Below are positions 16,225 through 25,928 of a DNA stretch of 44,618 bases, in pieces. Under the pieces are notes generated by a model. That model had not been told where the DNA came from, searched no databases, and saw only the letters and a list, made by a program, of their open reading frames with translations. The stretch's first letter is position 1. Every line of letters begins with the position of its first letter. The translations under genes and the position numbers were made by a program. The DNA comes from Candidatus Iainarchaeum sp. (GTDB taxonomy: Archaea > Iainarchaeota > Iainarchaeia > Iainarchaeales > JAZDDZ01). The stretch covers positions 1 through 44,618 of the forward strand of contig JAZDDZ010000009.1 in NCBI GenBank assembly GCA_043809245.1. The letters run 5' to 3'.

Positions 16225-17114
16225 TAAGCAAACACCTTTGGAATCCTTGTTTTAATGAAGCCAATGAACAAAAACTGCAAAATGAACGCGAGAAGCACGA
16301 ATGAAATTACGTGAATTTCACCCATTGAAGAGCCGCCGAAAGAGGAAATTATCACGAGAAAAGTTATTCCAAGAGTCGGGATTGCCGCGGCGACAAGGAG
16401 ATAGAGAAGAATCCATAGGTTCAGTTCAGCGGCATAATTTTTTATTGCGCGAATCTCGTGGTTTGTGAGGGTTTCAACAACAGACACAAGCGCGCCAACA
16501 AGGGATGCTCCTGAGCGAAGCGAAGAAGTCAATTGCCAAGAGGTCTTGCGCAAAAAATCAGATTTGGTTTTAAGGGCAAGGTGCTCCAATGCCTCGTACT
16601 CGCTGCTGCCTGCATTGATTGCCTGCACGACTTCCCTGAATTCCGCGGAAACCCGCCCATATTTTGCGTTGGAGATATTCTTCATCGCGTAAAAAAGGGG
16701 AATGCCGCTGCTGACCTGAATCAAAATGCTTTTCAATGCGAAAATCAATGAGTCGTCAATTCCAGATGCAAGCTGCTGCGCTATGAGCTTGGGGTAAATG
16801 ATGTGCAGGAAAAAGAAAAGAACTGAAAAGCAAGCGCCAATCAGCGTGGAGAGAAAAATGTTTTCCGGCAAAAGCTCCTGCTGCGAGCGCACAAAAAAAA
16901 GCGCCATGAAAAGCGCGTAAAAAAGCACGCCGTAAACAAGCGCGGAAAAAAACGATGCGGTAAGGTAATGCTCAGCGGGAATGCCAAGCTCTGCGTTGTT
17001 CAGGTTTTCCCCTACCTTCGGAAAAAAGCGGCTTAAAAGTTTTCCAATCCAGAGGAAGCGGCGGTTAATGCGCTGAGCGCGTTCAACGGAAAAGAGAAGG
17101 AATTTTACGCGCAT
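16224..17114 (-). CDS. Type IV pilus platform protein (TadB/TadC/T2SS-F family)
   Basis: LIFALKSILIQVSSGIPLFYAM...YGRVSAEF and SLRSGASL; multiple TM helices. Confidence 0.9.
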   Translation of the reverse strand: MRVKFLLFSVERAQRINRRFLWIGKLLSRFFPKVGENLNNAELGIPAEHYLTASFFSALVYGVLFYALFMALFFVRSQQELLPENIFLSTLIGACFSVLFFFLHIIYPKLIAQQLASGIDDSLIFALKSILIQVSSGIPLFYAMKNISNAKYGRVSAEFREVVQAINAGSSEYEALEHLALKTKSDFLRKTSWQLTSSLRSGASLVGALVSVVETLTNHEIRAIKNYAAELNLWILLYLLVAAAIPTLGITFLVIISSFGGSSMGEIHVISFVLLAFILQFLFIGFIKTRIPKVFA

Positions 17115-17115
17115 G

Positions 17116-18981
17116 CTATGCCTCTAAAAGTTTTTTCGGTTCAATGCCTTTCTCTGCAGCGGCAATAACGGCTTCCGGCTCTGCATAAAACAGTTTCATT
17201 ACCTTGCCCACTTCATTTACATCGGATAAATTGGATTCAAGCATCCATTGGAGTATTTCCGCGCGCTGCAAAACATCCTTTCCAATTTCCTGCGTTGTCA
17301 TGCCTGTGTGCATGTTCAACTGCTGCATCAGGCGCCTTGGCTCATTGACCTTGTCCCAGCTATCGTCCCTTGGAGACCATTTGTAAATCGTGTTGATATT
17401 CAACTGCTCGCCTGAAACACCTGATTCAAGCTCAGCGATTTCGTAAGTGCGCCTGACATTTGTGCGGCGGTCGCGGAACTGGACCAAAACAAGGTCCAAT
17501 GCCTCGACTTCCAAAGGAGGAATGGAAATAGGCGGTTCAATGAGCCTGCGCAAAACCTGCTGCGCTGAATTCGCGTGCAAAGTGCTGTAAACAGAATGCC
17601 CTGTGTGCATTGCCTCAAAAAGGACTTCGGCTTCCTTTTGCCTCCTTATTTCACCCAAAATTATCCTGTCAGGGCGCATGCGCAAAGAGGAAAGGAGAAG
17701 GTCAAGCATTGAAACCTCGCCCAATCCTTCAGGGTTTGGGTTCCTTGTTGTCATCGGCAGCCAGTTCCACTGCAAGTAATCAGGCAAGGTTATTTCCCTG
17801 ACGTCTTCAATAGATATGATTCTGTGATAGGATGGCATGAAAGCCGCGAGGGAATTAAGGGCGCTGGTTTTCCCTGAAGCGGTTCCGCCTGCCACCACAA
17901 TATTTAATTCATACTGGATTGCAAGCCAGAGCAGCGCGGCCATTTCAATGCTCATTGTGTGCGCTGAGCCAATGAAGTCAACCATTGTCCAGGGGCGCCT
18001 GGAAAAACGCCTAATCGTTATCGTGTTTCCGAAAGAGGTTATGGGAAAAAGCGTTGCATTAACCCTGTCCCCGGTCAAAAGGTGCGCGTCAAGGATTGGG
18101 GAAAGGTTTGTTATTTCCCTTCCGACTTTTCGCGCAATCTGCGAGGAATAATTCGCTATTTCTTCCTCGCTTTCCAAGAACTGGTTGGTTTTCATCCATC
18201 CGAATTTCCTGTGGTAAACTGTCACTGGTGCCTTTGAGGAATTGATTGCGACTTCCTCCAAGAGATTGTCTGCCATCAGGAGCTCAAGTTTTCCAAGGCC
18301 GTACATTGAGTGCAGCAGGCTGCCGGCAAGCATGTCAATGAGCTTTTTGTCCCCTGTGGGAAAAAATTCCTCCAGTTCCTTTTTCGCGGTCGCGAAAAAC
18401 CTTTCCTTAAGCTGTTTTCCCTTTACCGCGTCGGTTACATCGGAAATGTCCACGGGAATTTTTTCCGCAATTGATTCGCGCAATCCCTCCAGAAAAATCT
18501 TGGTATATGATGCGAGCACTGGAAAATTTATTTCATAAAAAGGCCTTAGGTCCTCGGGCGACCGCAGGATTCTTACATCCGCCTCGACAAAGTCAACGTT
18601 TAAATTATATGACTCTAAGACTTCGCCGCCAACGCGTTCAACAAAAGCCTCTGGAATGGATTTCCTGAATGCAATGCGCGGCTGCTGCACCATTGTCGCG
18701 GGATACTGCACATCAACCAGGCCCCTTGCTTCAAGCATTTTGCCAATGCGCTCAACAGACTGAACGCTCAAGCCGAGCTTTTTTGAAATGTCCTTGAAGG
18801 AAACCGCCTTCTTTTGCTGCACCGCTTCCATCAGCAAATCAATTTTGGTGCTGAAGCCCTTCACTTTTTTTCCGTCAACCTTTTTCGCCTTTATCTCTTC
18901 GCGTTTCAGGTCCTGTGGCTTGAAAGCCCACACCTCATCTTTTTTGGAAGAAGCTCCAGCGGTTTTTTCTTTTTCAGCCAT
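17116..18981 (-). CDS. Type IV pilus assembly ATPase (TadA/CpaF/VirB11 family) with extra N-terminal wHTH
   Basis: AGGTASGKTS, ISIEDVRE, LRMRPDRIILGEIR and HTGHSVYSTLHA. Start taken as ATG 18981 (alternative 18990). Confidence 0.95.
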   Translation of the reverse strand: MAEKEKTAGASSKKDEVWAFKPQDLKREEIKAKKVDGKKVKGFSTKIDLLMEAVQQKKAVSFKDISKKLGLSVQSVERIGKMLEARGLVDVQYPATMVQQPRIAFRKSIPEAFVERVGGEVLESYNLNVDFVEADVRILRSPEDLRPFYEINFPVLASYTKIFLEGLRESIAEKIPVDISDVTDAVKGKQLKERFFATAKKELEEFFPTGDKKLIDMLAGSLLHSMYGLGKLELLMADNLLEEVAINSSKAPVTVYHRKFGWMKTNQFLESEEEIANYSSQIARKVGREITNLSPILDAHLLTGDRVNATLFPITSFGNTITIRRFSRRPWTMVDFIGSAHTMSIEMAALLWLAIQYELNIVVAGGTASGKTSALNSLAAFMPSYHRIISIEDVREITLPDYLQWNWLPMTTRNPNPEGLGEVSMLDLLLSSLRMRPDRIILGEIRRQKEAEVLFEAMHTGHSVYSTLHANSAQQVLRRLIEPPISIPPLEVEALDLVLVQFRDRRTNVRRTYEIAELESGVSGEQLNINTIYKWSPRDDSWDKVNEPRRLMQQLNMHTGMTTQEIGKDVLQRAEILQWMLESNLSDVNEVGKVMKLFYAEPEAVIAAAEKGIEPKKLLEA

Positions 18982-19025
18982 AAAAAACAACCTATTCTAT
19001 TAGGGAATTGGTGCTTTTAAATTTA

Positions 19026-19904
19026 TCAGCCCCTTGCAACAACGATTTTTGAAAAGGAATTGACGTCAAGCTGCGAGTAATTGAGGTCCGCGTCGTAAAA
19101 AGCGTAAAACGGCTTCCTATTGTCAGCTGGAAGGAAAGCGTTAAAGGAATAAGTGGCACGCGAGGAATTTGCCGAAAAGGTTTTGCTTAACCGCAGTGCC
19201 TTCAGCGAAGAGCCAATTGCGCCAACGGAAACCACGAGCTGTGTGCCGTCGTTATAGTGAAAGGTGAAATTATTTTGAATAGAGGAATCTACTTTTCCGG
19301 AATAATTGATTGATGAAAGGGAATTCTGGTCAGAGTACCTGAAAGAAACTGAGAGGTCGCCGCTTGGGTTCCATGCCCAAGGAATATAATAATCGGAAAA
19401 TGCGTTAACTGAAACATTCAGGTCATATGCGGTAGCGTTAGTGGAGGAGGACGGCTTGTGGAAAAGGAAAAAGTTCTGGTCATAGCTGAAATCATAATGA
19501 ATGCCATTGGAAAAAACAAGCTCTGTTTGCCCGTCAACAAGGCGGTTCAAATCAAGGGAAATTGAGGCAGCCTGTTTTTCAGCATAGCCTTTCTGCAGAA
19601 AAGACTGGAGTGAAAGCACATTCATCTTGTTGTAATCTCCGGAAAGCCTGTCCTTCACTGAAATTCGCAGGGAGGAAGAGCCCCTGTTAATGTCAACTGA
19701 AGCGCCAAGCAGCTTGTTGAAGTCAGAGGAAATGTCGTCAAGCAAAAAAGCGGCTTTGGATGAATGAAAGCCCTCAAGTATTTCAGAGTTCTGCAAAGCG
19801 GTTTTGTTAAGGTAAAACTGGGAAAACAATAAAACGCTTGAAAGCAAAAGAATCGCGCTAAGGGTCAGGACAAAGCCTTTTTTTCCCGGGATCACTTCAA
19901 CCAC
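19026..19904 (-). CDS. Minor pilin-like protein
   Basis: KKG/FVLTLSAILLLSSVLLF class III-like signal; lies in the pilin operon. Confidence 0.75.
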   Translation of the reverse strand: MVEVIPGKKGFVLTLSAILLLSSVLLFSQFYLNKTALQNSEILEGFHSSKAAFLLDDISSDFNKLLGASVDINRGSSSLRISVKDRLSGDYNKMNVLSLQSFLQKGYAEKQAASISLDLNRLVDGQTELVFSNGIHYDFSYDQNFFLFHKPSSSTNATAYDLNVSVNAFSDYYIPWAWNPSGDLSVSFRYSDQNSLSSINYSGKVDSSIQNNFTFHYNDGTQLVVSVGAIGSSLKALRLSKTFSANSSRATYSFNAFLPADNRKPFYAFYDADLNYSQLDVNSFSKIVVARG

Positions 19905-20317
19905 CCGTTCAGTTCCGCCAAATAAAAGGAGCGGTTGTATGAGCCGGAAACAATGAATGAGCGCTGCGCAGAGGAAAGCTCAGAATAATCAGCGGGGCAG
20001 GAAGGCGTCGCTGTTGAAAGCACTGCGTTGTTCAAATCGTTTGCGGAAAAAATTTTCAGGGAAAAACAGTAATTGGAGGGAAGCCTGTTCAAAAACTGCT
20101 TTAAGTCATTGGTTTTGTTGTCCTTAACCGCTTTCTCCAGTGCCCCGCTTTTTTCCAGGACCGCAAGGGCGTCGTTTGAAAAGCGCTTTAGCTGGTTGCT
20201 TTGGAAAGCGCCGACACCTGCCTGTGAAAAATAGTAGGCGGAAGTCGCAAGCAAAAGGAATGCCACCAAAAGGGAAAACAAGGCGTCAAGGGAAACAACA
20301 AAACCGTTTTTTTTCAT
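19892..20317 (-). CDS. Minor pilin-like protein
   Basis: MKKNG/FVVSLDALFSLLVAFLLL, and DALAVLEKSGAL, a motif typical of archaeal minor pilins. Confidence 0.8.
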   Translation of the reverse strand: MKKNGFVVSLDALFSLLVAFLLLATSAYYFSQAGVGAFQSNQLKRFSNDALAVLEKSGALEKAVKDNKTNDLKQFLNRLPSNYCFSLKIFSANDLNNAVLSTATPSCPADYSELSSAQRSFIVSGSYNRSFYLAELNGWLK

Positions 20318-20814
20318 TTGAACACCTTCACGTTAACCAGTACATCTTCATTGCCGAGCAATGCAAGCCTCTGTATGGACGCAACCTCTGCATTTGAATC
20401 AGGGGAAAGCCCGAAAGCGAAAAGCCGCTGGCTGTTCTGCAGGCTGTTGATGGAAACAAACAATCCGAACTTTGAAACCCCGAGGATTTCCTTGACCGCG
20501 TTGTAATCTGAGGCGTTAAGGTCAGAGAAGCGCTGCAGTTTTGCGGAATCCAAAAAATTTGCTGAATCAGCCAGGCCGATTGCATTGACATCGGAAAGGC
20601 TTGCCTTGTTCTGCCAGTTGAAAGGAACCCCGACGGACAAAACAAGGCTGTCGGATGCAGCTGCCGCGGCTTCCTGCAGCCCGTTAAAGCGCTCAATGGA
20701 TTCAACCCTCAAAAGCGAATCGTTCAGGAAAGCGATTGAAAGAATCAAAACAACCATGAAAACGGAAATTGCAATCAGGAAATCCGTGGAAAAAATCTGG
20801 CCGCGCTCACGCAT
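20314..20814 (-). CDS. Minor pilin-like protein
   Basis: MRERG/QIFSTDFLIAISVF and SDSLVLSVGVPFNW...IGLA. Confidence 0.82.
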   Translation of the reverse strand: MRERGQIFSTDFLIAISVFMVVLILSIAFLNDSLLRVESIERFNGLQEAAAAASDSLVLSVGVPFNWQNKASLSDVNAIGLADSANFLDSAKLQRFSDLNASDYNAVKEILGVSKFGLFVSINSLQNSQRLFAFGLSPDSNAEVASIQRLALLGNEDVLVNVKVFK

Positions 20815-21208
20815 TCTGTATCACCACATTTGAATCTCGGTTGGAGATTTTCACTGAAGCGCCGGGGGTTGCGGAAACAAGTGAAACAAAACTGGTTGAA
20901 ATTGGAGCCGAGGCGAAGAAATCGTCAACCCAGACCTCAACAGAATGCGCCTCTATGAATACGTTGTAGTCAAATGGCTTTTCAAGGGAAATTGCCACGG
21001 AAATGTTTGAATCGGATGATGCGACTCCGTCAATTGCCCTTGCGAGCTTTGATGCAATGCGGTTTGATTCCATCAGTTTTCTTGAGGCGTCAACTGAAAC
21101 GCTTTGCTGCGAGAAAACAAAAATCGAGCTCAGGAAAACAAGAAGGAGAAGGAATAGTACGATGAAGAATTCAGCTGAAATCTGCGCTTTCTTGTTCATG
21201 GAAGACAA
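20807..21208 (-). CDS. Minor pilin (class III signal, QxSxE)
   Basis: MNKKA/QISAEFFIVLFLLLLVF. Confidence 0.85.
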   Translation of the reverse strand: MSSMNKKAQISAEFFIVLFLLLLVFLSSIFVFSQQSVSVDASRKLMESNRIASKLARAIDGVASSDSNISVAISLEKPFDYNVFIEAHSVEVWVDDFFASAPISTSFVSLVSATPGASVKISNRDSNVVIQNA

Positions 21209-21212
21209 CTTC

Positions 21213-24200
21213 TTAACCGTAAGAAATCTCTACGCCGACTGCATCAAGGCGCCATGAGCCGTTTGCAGAGCCGACGCGGTTGTAAATGCCGCCTATTTTA
21301 AGGTTAGAGAAATCAGACCACTGCCATGCTCCGCCGCCTGGGCGCAAGGAAAAAACGTCAACGCTTTCAATGGCGCCTGGGTCTGTTGACATTTTGTTGG
21401 CAGGGGTGTTAAGGTAATCATAAGTCAAGGCGGTTGACTGGTCAAAACTTGATAGGCCATAAGTCAAGGAAACAGAGTCGTCAAGCATTCCGCCAATGCT
21501 CTGCACGGTTATATTCACATCGTTGAGGTAGGCTGTGCCTGCGCCGTTGCCGGAAAAATATGCGATGTACTGAATGAACTGGTTCTCGTCATTCACTTCC
21601 TGTGGTGTTGTGATTCTTGGCTCACTCCAGTCAGTCCAGGTTATTCCGTCAGCGGATGTTCGGAACGATAGGCTTAGGCTCTGGCTGTTAAGCGTGGAAT
21701 TGAAGTCTAAAGAAAGGATTGTCACAGCTGACCCGAAGTCAAGCGCGTTGGAAGTGTAGGTGCCGCCGAAATAATAAGGCGATTCTTCTGCGCCGACTGA
21801 AATGTTCAAATGCGAATTGTAGTAAAACCTTCCGTTGCTGCTGTTGGTTTGCAGCCTTCCGTTGCCTGCGCCAATCACCAAATCGCGGTAGCTGTCTGCA
21901 TCCAAGTCAACGAGGAAAGGCGCTGCCCTTGTTCCAACATCAATTGTTGCACCGTCAGACTGCGCCAAATAATTTGAAAGGCTGACTGTTTCCCAGGAAG
22001 GAGAGGAAGCAGAGCCAATGTTTCTTACAAGGTAAAGGCGCCCGGTGCTTTCCCCTACAATCAGGTCAAAGTCTCCGTCTTCGTCCAAGTCCGCGAATGT
22101 CGGGGCTGCATTGGAGCCGAAGTCCTGTGAAGGCATTACCCCTGAAACCTGGCTCCAGGAAGGCGCGGAAGGGGTGCCGGTGTTGCGCAGGAAAGCGATT
22201 GTTCCGTCGCTCAGGCCGATTGCTAGGTCAAAGTTGTTGTCGTTGTCAATGTCAACGAATGAAGGCGATGAATCAGTGCCGAAATCAGTTGCAGGAAGGT
22301 TCCATGAATACGCCTGCCATGCTGGAACTGCAGCTGTTCCGGTGTTGCGCCAGCCGTTGTTAATGTTTCCTGTATTTTCCCCTACGACCAAATCCTTGTC
22401 ACCGTCATTGTCCAAGTCAGCGAAGGCAGGAGTGGAATTGCTTCCCACATCAGTGTTAGGCAGCTGTGCATTGTCCGCTGTCCAGGAAGGGGAAGAAGGG
22501 GTGCCTGTGTTGCGCCAGACATTGTTGAAAATTCCGGCATTGTCCCCTACAACCAAATCAAAATCTGAATCCGCGTCAAGGAAATCGGAGAATAGCGGCA
22601 CGGCATTTGAGCCTATGTCGTTTGTCGGCAGGGCATTTGCACCTGAGTCAAGCCAAGTGAGGGAATAATTCGGAATTGAATAGCCGGGGTTTGCCGCGGA
22701 GGAATTGCCGTAGTAAACATGGTATGTTGCGGAATTGTTTGCGCTGATTGTAACGCCGAACTGGATTTTGCAGGAAGGGGAAACTGGGTTTGAGCCGTTG
22801 TCTGAGAGAATGCGCACAGGGATCTCTACGTTCGCATCCGTAATCACCCTTATTTCATTGGCGCAGCTGTCAATGTGGCTTGCGTCAAAGGAAAGCGTTA
22901 AATTTGTCTGCTGGTTTGAACGGCTTACTCCCCTATTTTCTGTTAAAAGCACAGGCAGCCTGTAATTCCATTGGCTGTTCCACCAGCCGCTTTTGGCAGA
23001 CAATGCGACTTCGCCGTTGTCAATGTGCGTTAAAGTGGTTTGGCTGAAGGATTCCGTTCCCTCATTGAAGTCAGCGGAAGTTGTTTCAAAAATAGATGAC
23101 TGCGAGGTTGAGGGGGTTGAAACTTCGTGGCTCCATAAAATGTTTAATGCAACTATGTTGCCGCTCAGGCCTGAAACGTCAAAGGCGTATCCGCCCAAAG
23201 AGTTTCCGTTTGAGGAATTGAATGAAATGTCAGGCGCCCCAGTAACGCTTGAAGTGGAATTGCAGTCACCCCAGTTGCAGGAATTGATCGCCCAGCGGAA
23301 AACAGTTGTTGCCTGCACAACGGTTATCGTCAAGGCAATGGAATCACTGTTGCCGTCGGCATCGGAAACATTTATTGTGCCAGTGTAAGGGCCTGTTGCC
23401 TGAAGAGGCGGGACAAAAAGGTTTATGTCTGCGGTTGCGCACTCTCCAGCGGCAATTGATGCGATTGGAGAAATTGGCTGCGCGAAATCCCCTGCGTCTC
23501 CGCTTGAAGGCGTGAAAGTGATTGAATCCATTGTTGATGTGGAATCATTGCACACGTTGAATGTTTTAACCGAGGAACTTCCGCGCAGGATTGTTGCGGT
23601 CCAAGCGCTAGGCAGAACAACCAGCGCGCCCGTTGTGCCTGTGCCTCCCTGCTGTGAAACCTCAACGCTTAAGGGCACAACAATGTTCTGGTCATAGGAG
23701 GAAAGGTGCACGTTAACCTGAACGCTTCCAGTGTATGCGCCGACAGCGGAAGCGCCAGAGGAAAAGTTTGTGTCAAAAGTTAAAGCGCTGCCTTGTGGAA
23801 TGGAAAAATTTGCGGATGAAAGGGAAAGGGAGACATCGGGATTGCTCCAGACTGGAAGAATTGTGGCAATTGCTTCGCCGGGAGAATAGTTTGTAATTGT
23901 GATTGTTTTGCCTGCACTTGAAGAGGAAAGCATTGAAAGCGAAACAGAGTAAGTGTCAAGGACTGCTTCCTCTGAGCCTATTGAAACGTAAGAGCCCCTG
24001 CTTTCAACCCAAACCAGGTGGCCCCCTGGAGTTGTTGGAAAAGAGCCTGAAAGCTGCACTCCGGGGTCAGCAAAGAGGTCTGTTCCCGCGACATTGAAGA
24101 CAATTGTGCTGTTTTCAATTCCTGTTTTGCTTTCATCAGTGCCATTGGGAATTGTGACAAGGACCTGTTTTCTTGCGCCAAAGCCCTGCGCGTAAACGTC

Positions 24201-24377
24201 TTTCGCTGCATTAGCCAAATCGTTTGCGCTGGTTTTCGCGGTTTCAAGCTGTTTTTGGATGTCAATAGTTGTTGCCTGCTGGAATCCAAAGGAAAGGAAA
24301 AACAACAGGATTACTAGCGATACGGCGAGGATTATCATTAGCTCTACTGAGCTCTGCGCATTGCCTGGCTTTTTCAT
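21213..24377 (-). CDS. Giant pilin-adhesin (1054 aa): class III signal, Ig-like domains, DUF2341-like domain, five FG-GAP/DxDxDG repeats
   Basis: MKKPGNA/QSSVELMIILAV; WWNSQWNYRLPV...YHVYYGN; five repeats such as PAFADLDNDGDKDLVVGENTG...WRNTGT. Confidence 0.88.
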   Translation of the reverse strand: MKKPGNAQSSVELMIILAVSLVILLFFLSFGFQQATTIDIQKQLETAKTSANDLANAAKDVYAQGFGARKQVLVTIPNGTDESKTGIENSTIVFNVAGTDLFADPGVQLSGSFPTTPGGHLVWVESRGSYVSIGSEEAVLDTYSVSLSMLSSSSAGKTITITNYSPGEAIATILPVWSNPDVSLSLSSANFSIPQGSALTFDTNFSSGASAVGAYTGSVQVNVHLSSYDQNIVVPLSVEVSQQGGTGTTGALVVLPSAWTATILRGSSSVKTFNVCNDSTSTMDSITFTPSSGDAGDFAQPISPIASIAAGECATADINLFVPPLQATGPYTGTINVSDADGNSDSIALTITVVQATTVFRWAINSCNWGDCNSTSSVTGAPDISFNSSNGNSLGGYAFDVSGLSGNIVALNILWSHEVSTPSTSQSSIFETTSADFNEGTESFSQTTLTHIDNGEVALSAKSGWWNSQWNYRLPVLLTENRGVSRSNQQTNLTLSFDASHIDSCANEIRVITDANVEIPVRILSDNGSNPVSPSCKIQFGVTISANNSATYHVYYGNSSAANPGYSIPNYSLTWLDSGANALPTNDIGSNAVPLFSDFLDADSDFDLVVGDNAGIFNNVWRNTGTPSSPSWTADNAQLPNTDVGSNSTPAFADLDNDGDKDLVVGENTGNINNGWRNTGTAAVPAWQAYSWNLPATDFGTDSSPSFVDIDNDNNFDLAIGLSDGTIAFLRNTGTPSAPSWSQVSGVMPSQDFGSNAAPTFADLDEDGDFDLIVGESTGRLYLVRNIGSASSPSWETVSLSNYLAQSDGATIDVGTRAAPFLVDLDADSYRDLVIGAGNGRLQTNSSNGRFYYNSHLNISVGAEESPYYFGGTYTSNALDFGSAVTILSLDFNSTLNSQSLSLSFRTSADGITWTDWSEPRITTPQEVNDENQFIQYIAYFSGNGAGTAYLNDVNITVQSIGGMLDDSVSLTYGLSSFDQSTALTYDYLNTPANKMSTDPGAIESVDVFSLRPGGGAWQWSDFSNLKIGGIYNRVGSANGSWRLDAVGVEISYG

Positions 24378-24431
24378 TCAAATCAGAAATAAATAGGGAA
24401 AAGGGGTTAATAAATTTAGCATTAAAGCGAT

Positions 24432-24683
24432 TTAATGGTGGTTGTGAGGGTTCAGCTCAAAGACATCAGCAATGTAAACCGCTTTTCTTGCGCGGATATA
24501 GACAAGGAGCGAGGTTGCAGCTGCTGCAAAGCCGAAAAGGTACTGGAGCAATGCATTTGCAAGAAGGCCCTGGCTTTGGGAAATTACTCCCTGAAAGATT
24601 AGGAACAATGTGAAAGCCATCAGGAAAATGAGCACGCCTGAAAAGAAAACAATGTTGAAGATAAGCTTTGTAATAAGTTTCAT
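24432..24683 (-). CDS. Small two-TM membrane protein
   Basis: Two hydrophobic helices and a His-rich end (PHNHH); lies between KaiC-like ATPase 2 and the pilin operon. Confidence 0.7.
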   Translation of the reverse strand: MKLITKLIFNIVFFSGVLIFLMAFTLFLIFQGVISQSQGLLANALLQYLFGFAAAATSLLVYIRARKAVYIADVFELNPHNHH

Positions 24684-24719
24684 TTTAAGGCACTGTTAGA
24701 AGAGAAATTGGGAAAGAAT

Positions 24720-25784
24720 TTAAAACACTTCCACTTCAGGGTAGACTACTATTCCGTCCTTTTCGAATGTGAGCGCGCAGACCTTGTTTGTGTGCTTTGT
24801 TCCGCGCATCTTCAAAATTTCAAGCGAATGCACCCTAACATCCTTGTCCTCTTTCTTGGAATAGTAAAGGGAAATTATCGCATCAGTCAAAAAGCCTTCG
24901 GCGCCTTCCTTTACTTCCGCAATCTTTGGCGGCATTTCAGAAATGATCAAGGAAGTTGGGCCCCATTTTTTGAGCAGCTCAAAGAATTCCAAAATGTTTT
25001 CGCGCTTCTGGTATTCGTCGTGGAATAAAAGCGAGTAAGCCGTAATGGAATCAATTGCAAGGCGCTTTGCATTCATTGCCTTAATCGCGTCCTTTATCTG
25101 GCCGCCGCCTTCCTGCATAAGCTTGTTCACCTGGTGCGGCTTGAATTCAAGTATTTGAAACAGGCCTTCGCGTTCAAGTTCCTCAAAGTTCCAGCCAAAC
25201 TCCTTGTTGTGCTTATACAAGGATTGGCGGGATTCCTCGAATGAAATCAGGATGCCGGGTTCCTTGAATTTTTTTGCGCCAAAGTAAAGGAATTGGAGGG
25301 CAAAGGTTGTTTTGCCTGTTCCCGCGCCGCCGGTTATTAGAACAGTGCTGCCTTTTTCAAAGCCGCCTTCAATTAGTTCATCCAGGCCAATTATTCCGCT
25401 TGGAACCCTTTCAATGGCTGTTTCATCGCCTTTTCCTGCTGAAGGCCTAGGGGACTGCCTTAATGTGCTCAGGTTTTCCTCTAGCTCTTTTACCTTGCGC
25501 TCGATTTCCTCAACCGAAGGTTTTTGGGGTTCAAGTTTCTGCGGCTCTGGCTTCACTGGCTCCGGTTTCAACAGTTCTTGTTTCTGTGGTTCCGGCTGCC
25601 TTTCAATTGCTTCCTGTGTTTTACCTGAATCCTGTGCAGGCTGCTTTTGGCCCAGTTCACCCATAAGCTTTTCAAAGTCAGGGGCCTGCTTTTTTTCAGG
25701 CCCAGCCTTTGCATCGGGCGCAGAAGAGCCTGTTCCAACAAGCTTGGATAAATCAATTTTGGCTTTTTTCCTTGCTTCCGCCAT
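24720..25784 (-). CDS. KaiC/RAD55-like ATPase 2 with disordered Pro/Gln/Lys-rich N-terminus and short coiled coil
   Basis: ERVPSGIIGLDELIEGG, GGAGTGKT, ISFEE, LAIDSIT and LEILKMRGTKH. Confidence 0.92.
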   Translation of the reverse strand: MAEARKKAKIDLSKLVGTGSSAPDAKAGPEKKQAPDFEKLMGELGQKQPAQDSGKTQEAIERQPEPQKQELLKPEPVKPEPQKLEPQKPSVEEIERKVKELEENLSTLRQSPRPSAGKGDETAIERVPSGIIGLDELIEGGFEKGSTVLITGGAGTGKTTFALQFLYFGAKKFKEPGILISFEESRQSLYKHNKEFGWNFEELEREGLFQILEFKPHQVNKLMQEGGGQIKDAIKAMNAKRLAIDSITAYSLLFHDEYQKRENILEFFELLKKWGPTSLIISEMPPKIAEVKEGAEGFLTDAIISLYYSKKEDKDVRVHSLEILKMRGTKHTNKVCALTFEKDGIVVYPEVEVF

Positions 25785-25928
25785 GAAACCACTAAAATAA
25801 AGAAGTTCAACAAATTTAAGGCTGTCGGTGAATTAAAAGGCAAAGGCAAAGGCAGGCAAAGCCTTTTTTCCCTGAACTGGATGAATCTTTTTTAAAAACA
25901 GGTGTGCCTTAAATTAAATAGGTTAAAT

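Noticed and set aside
14649-24377. Archaellum (fla/arl) operon
   Set aside because: There are no archaellin-type N-termini and no FlaF/G or single FlaJ. Paired TadB/C proteins and QxSxE pilins indicate a pilus.
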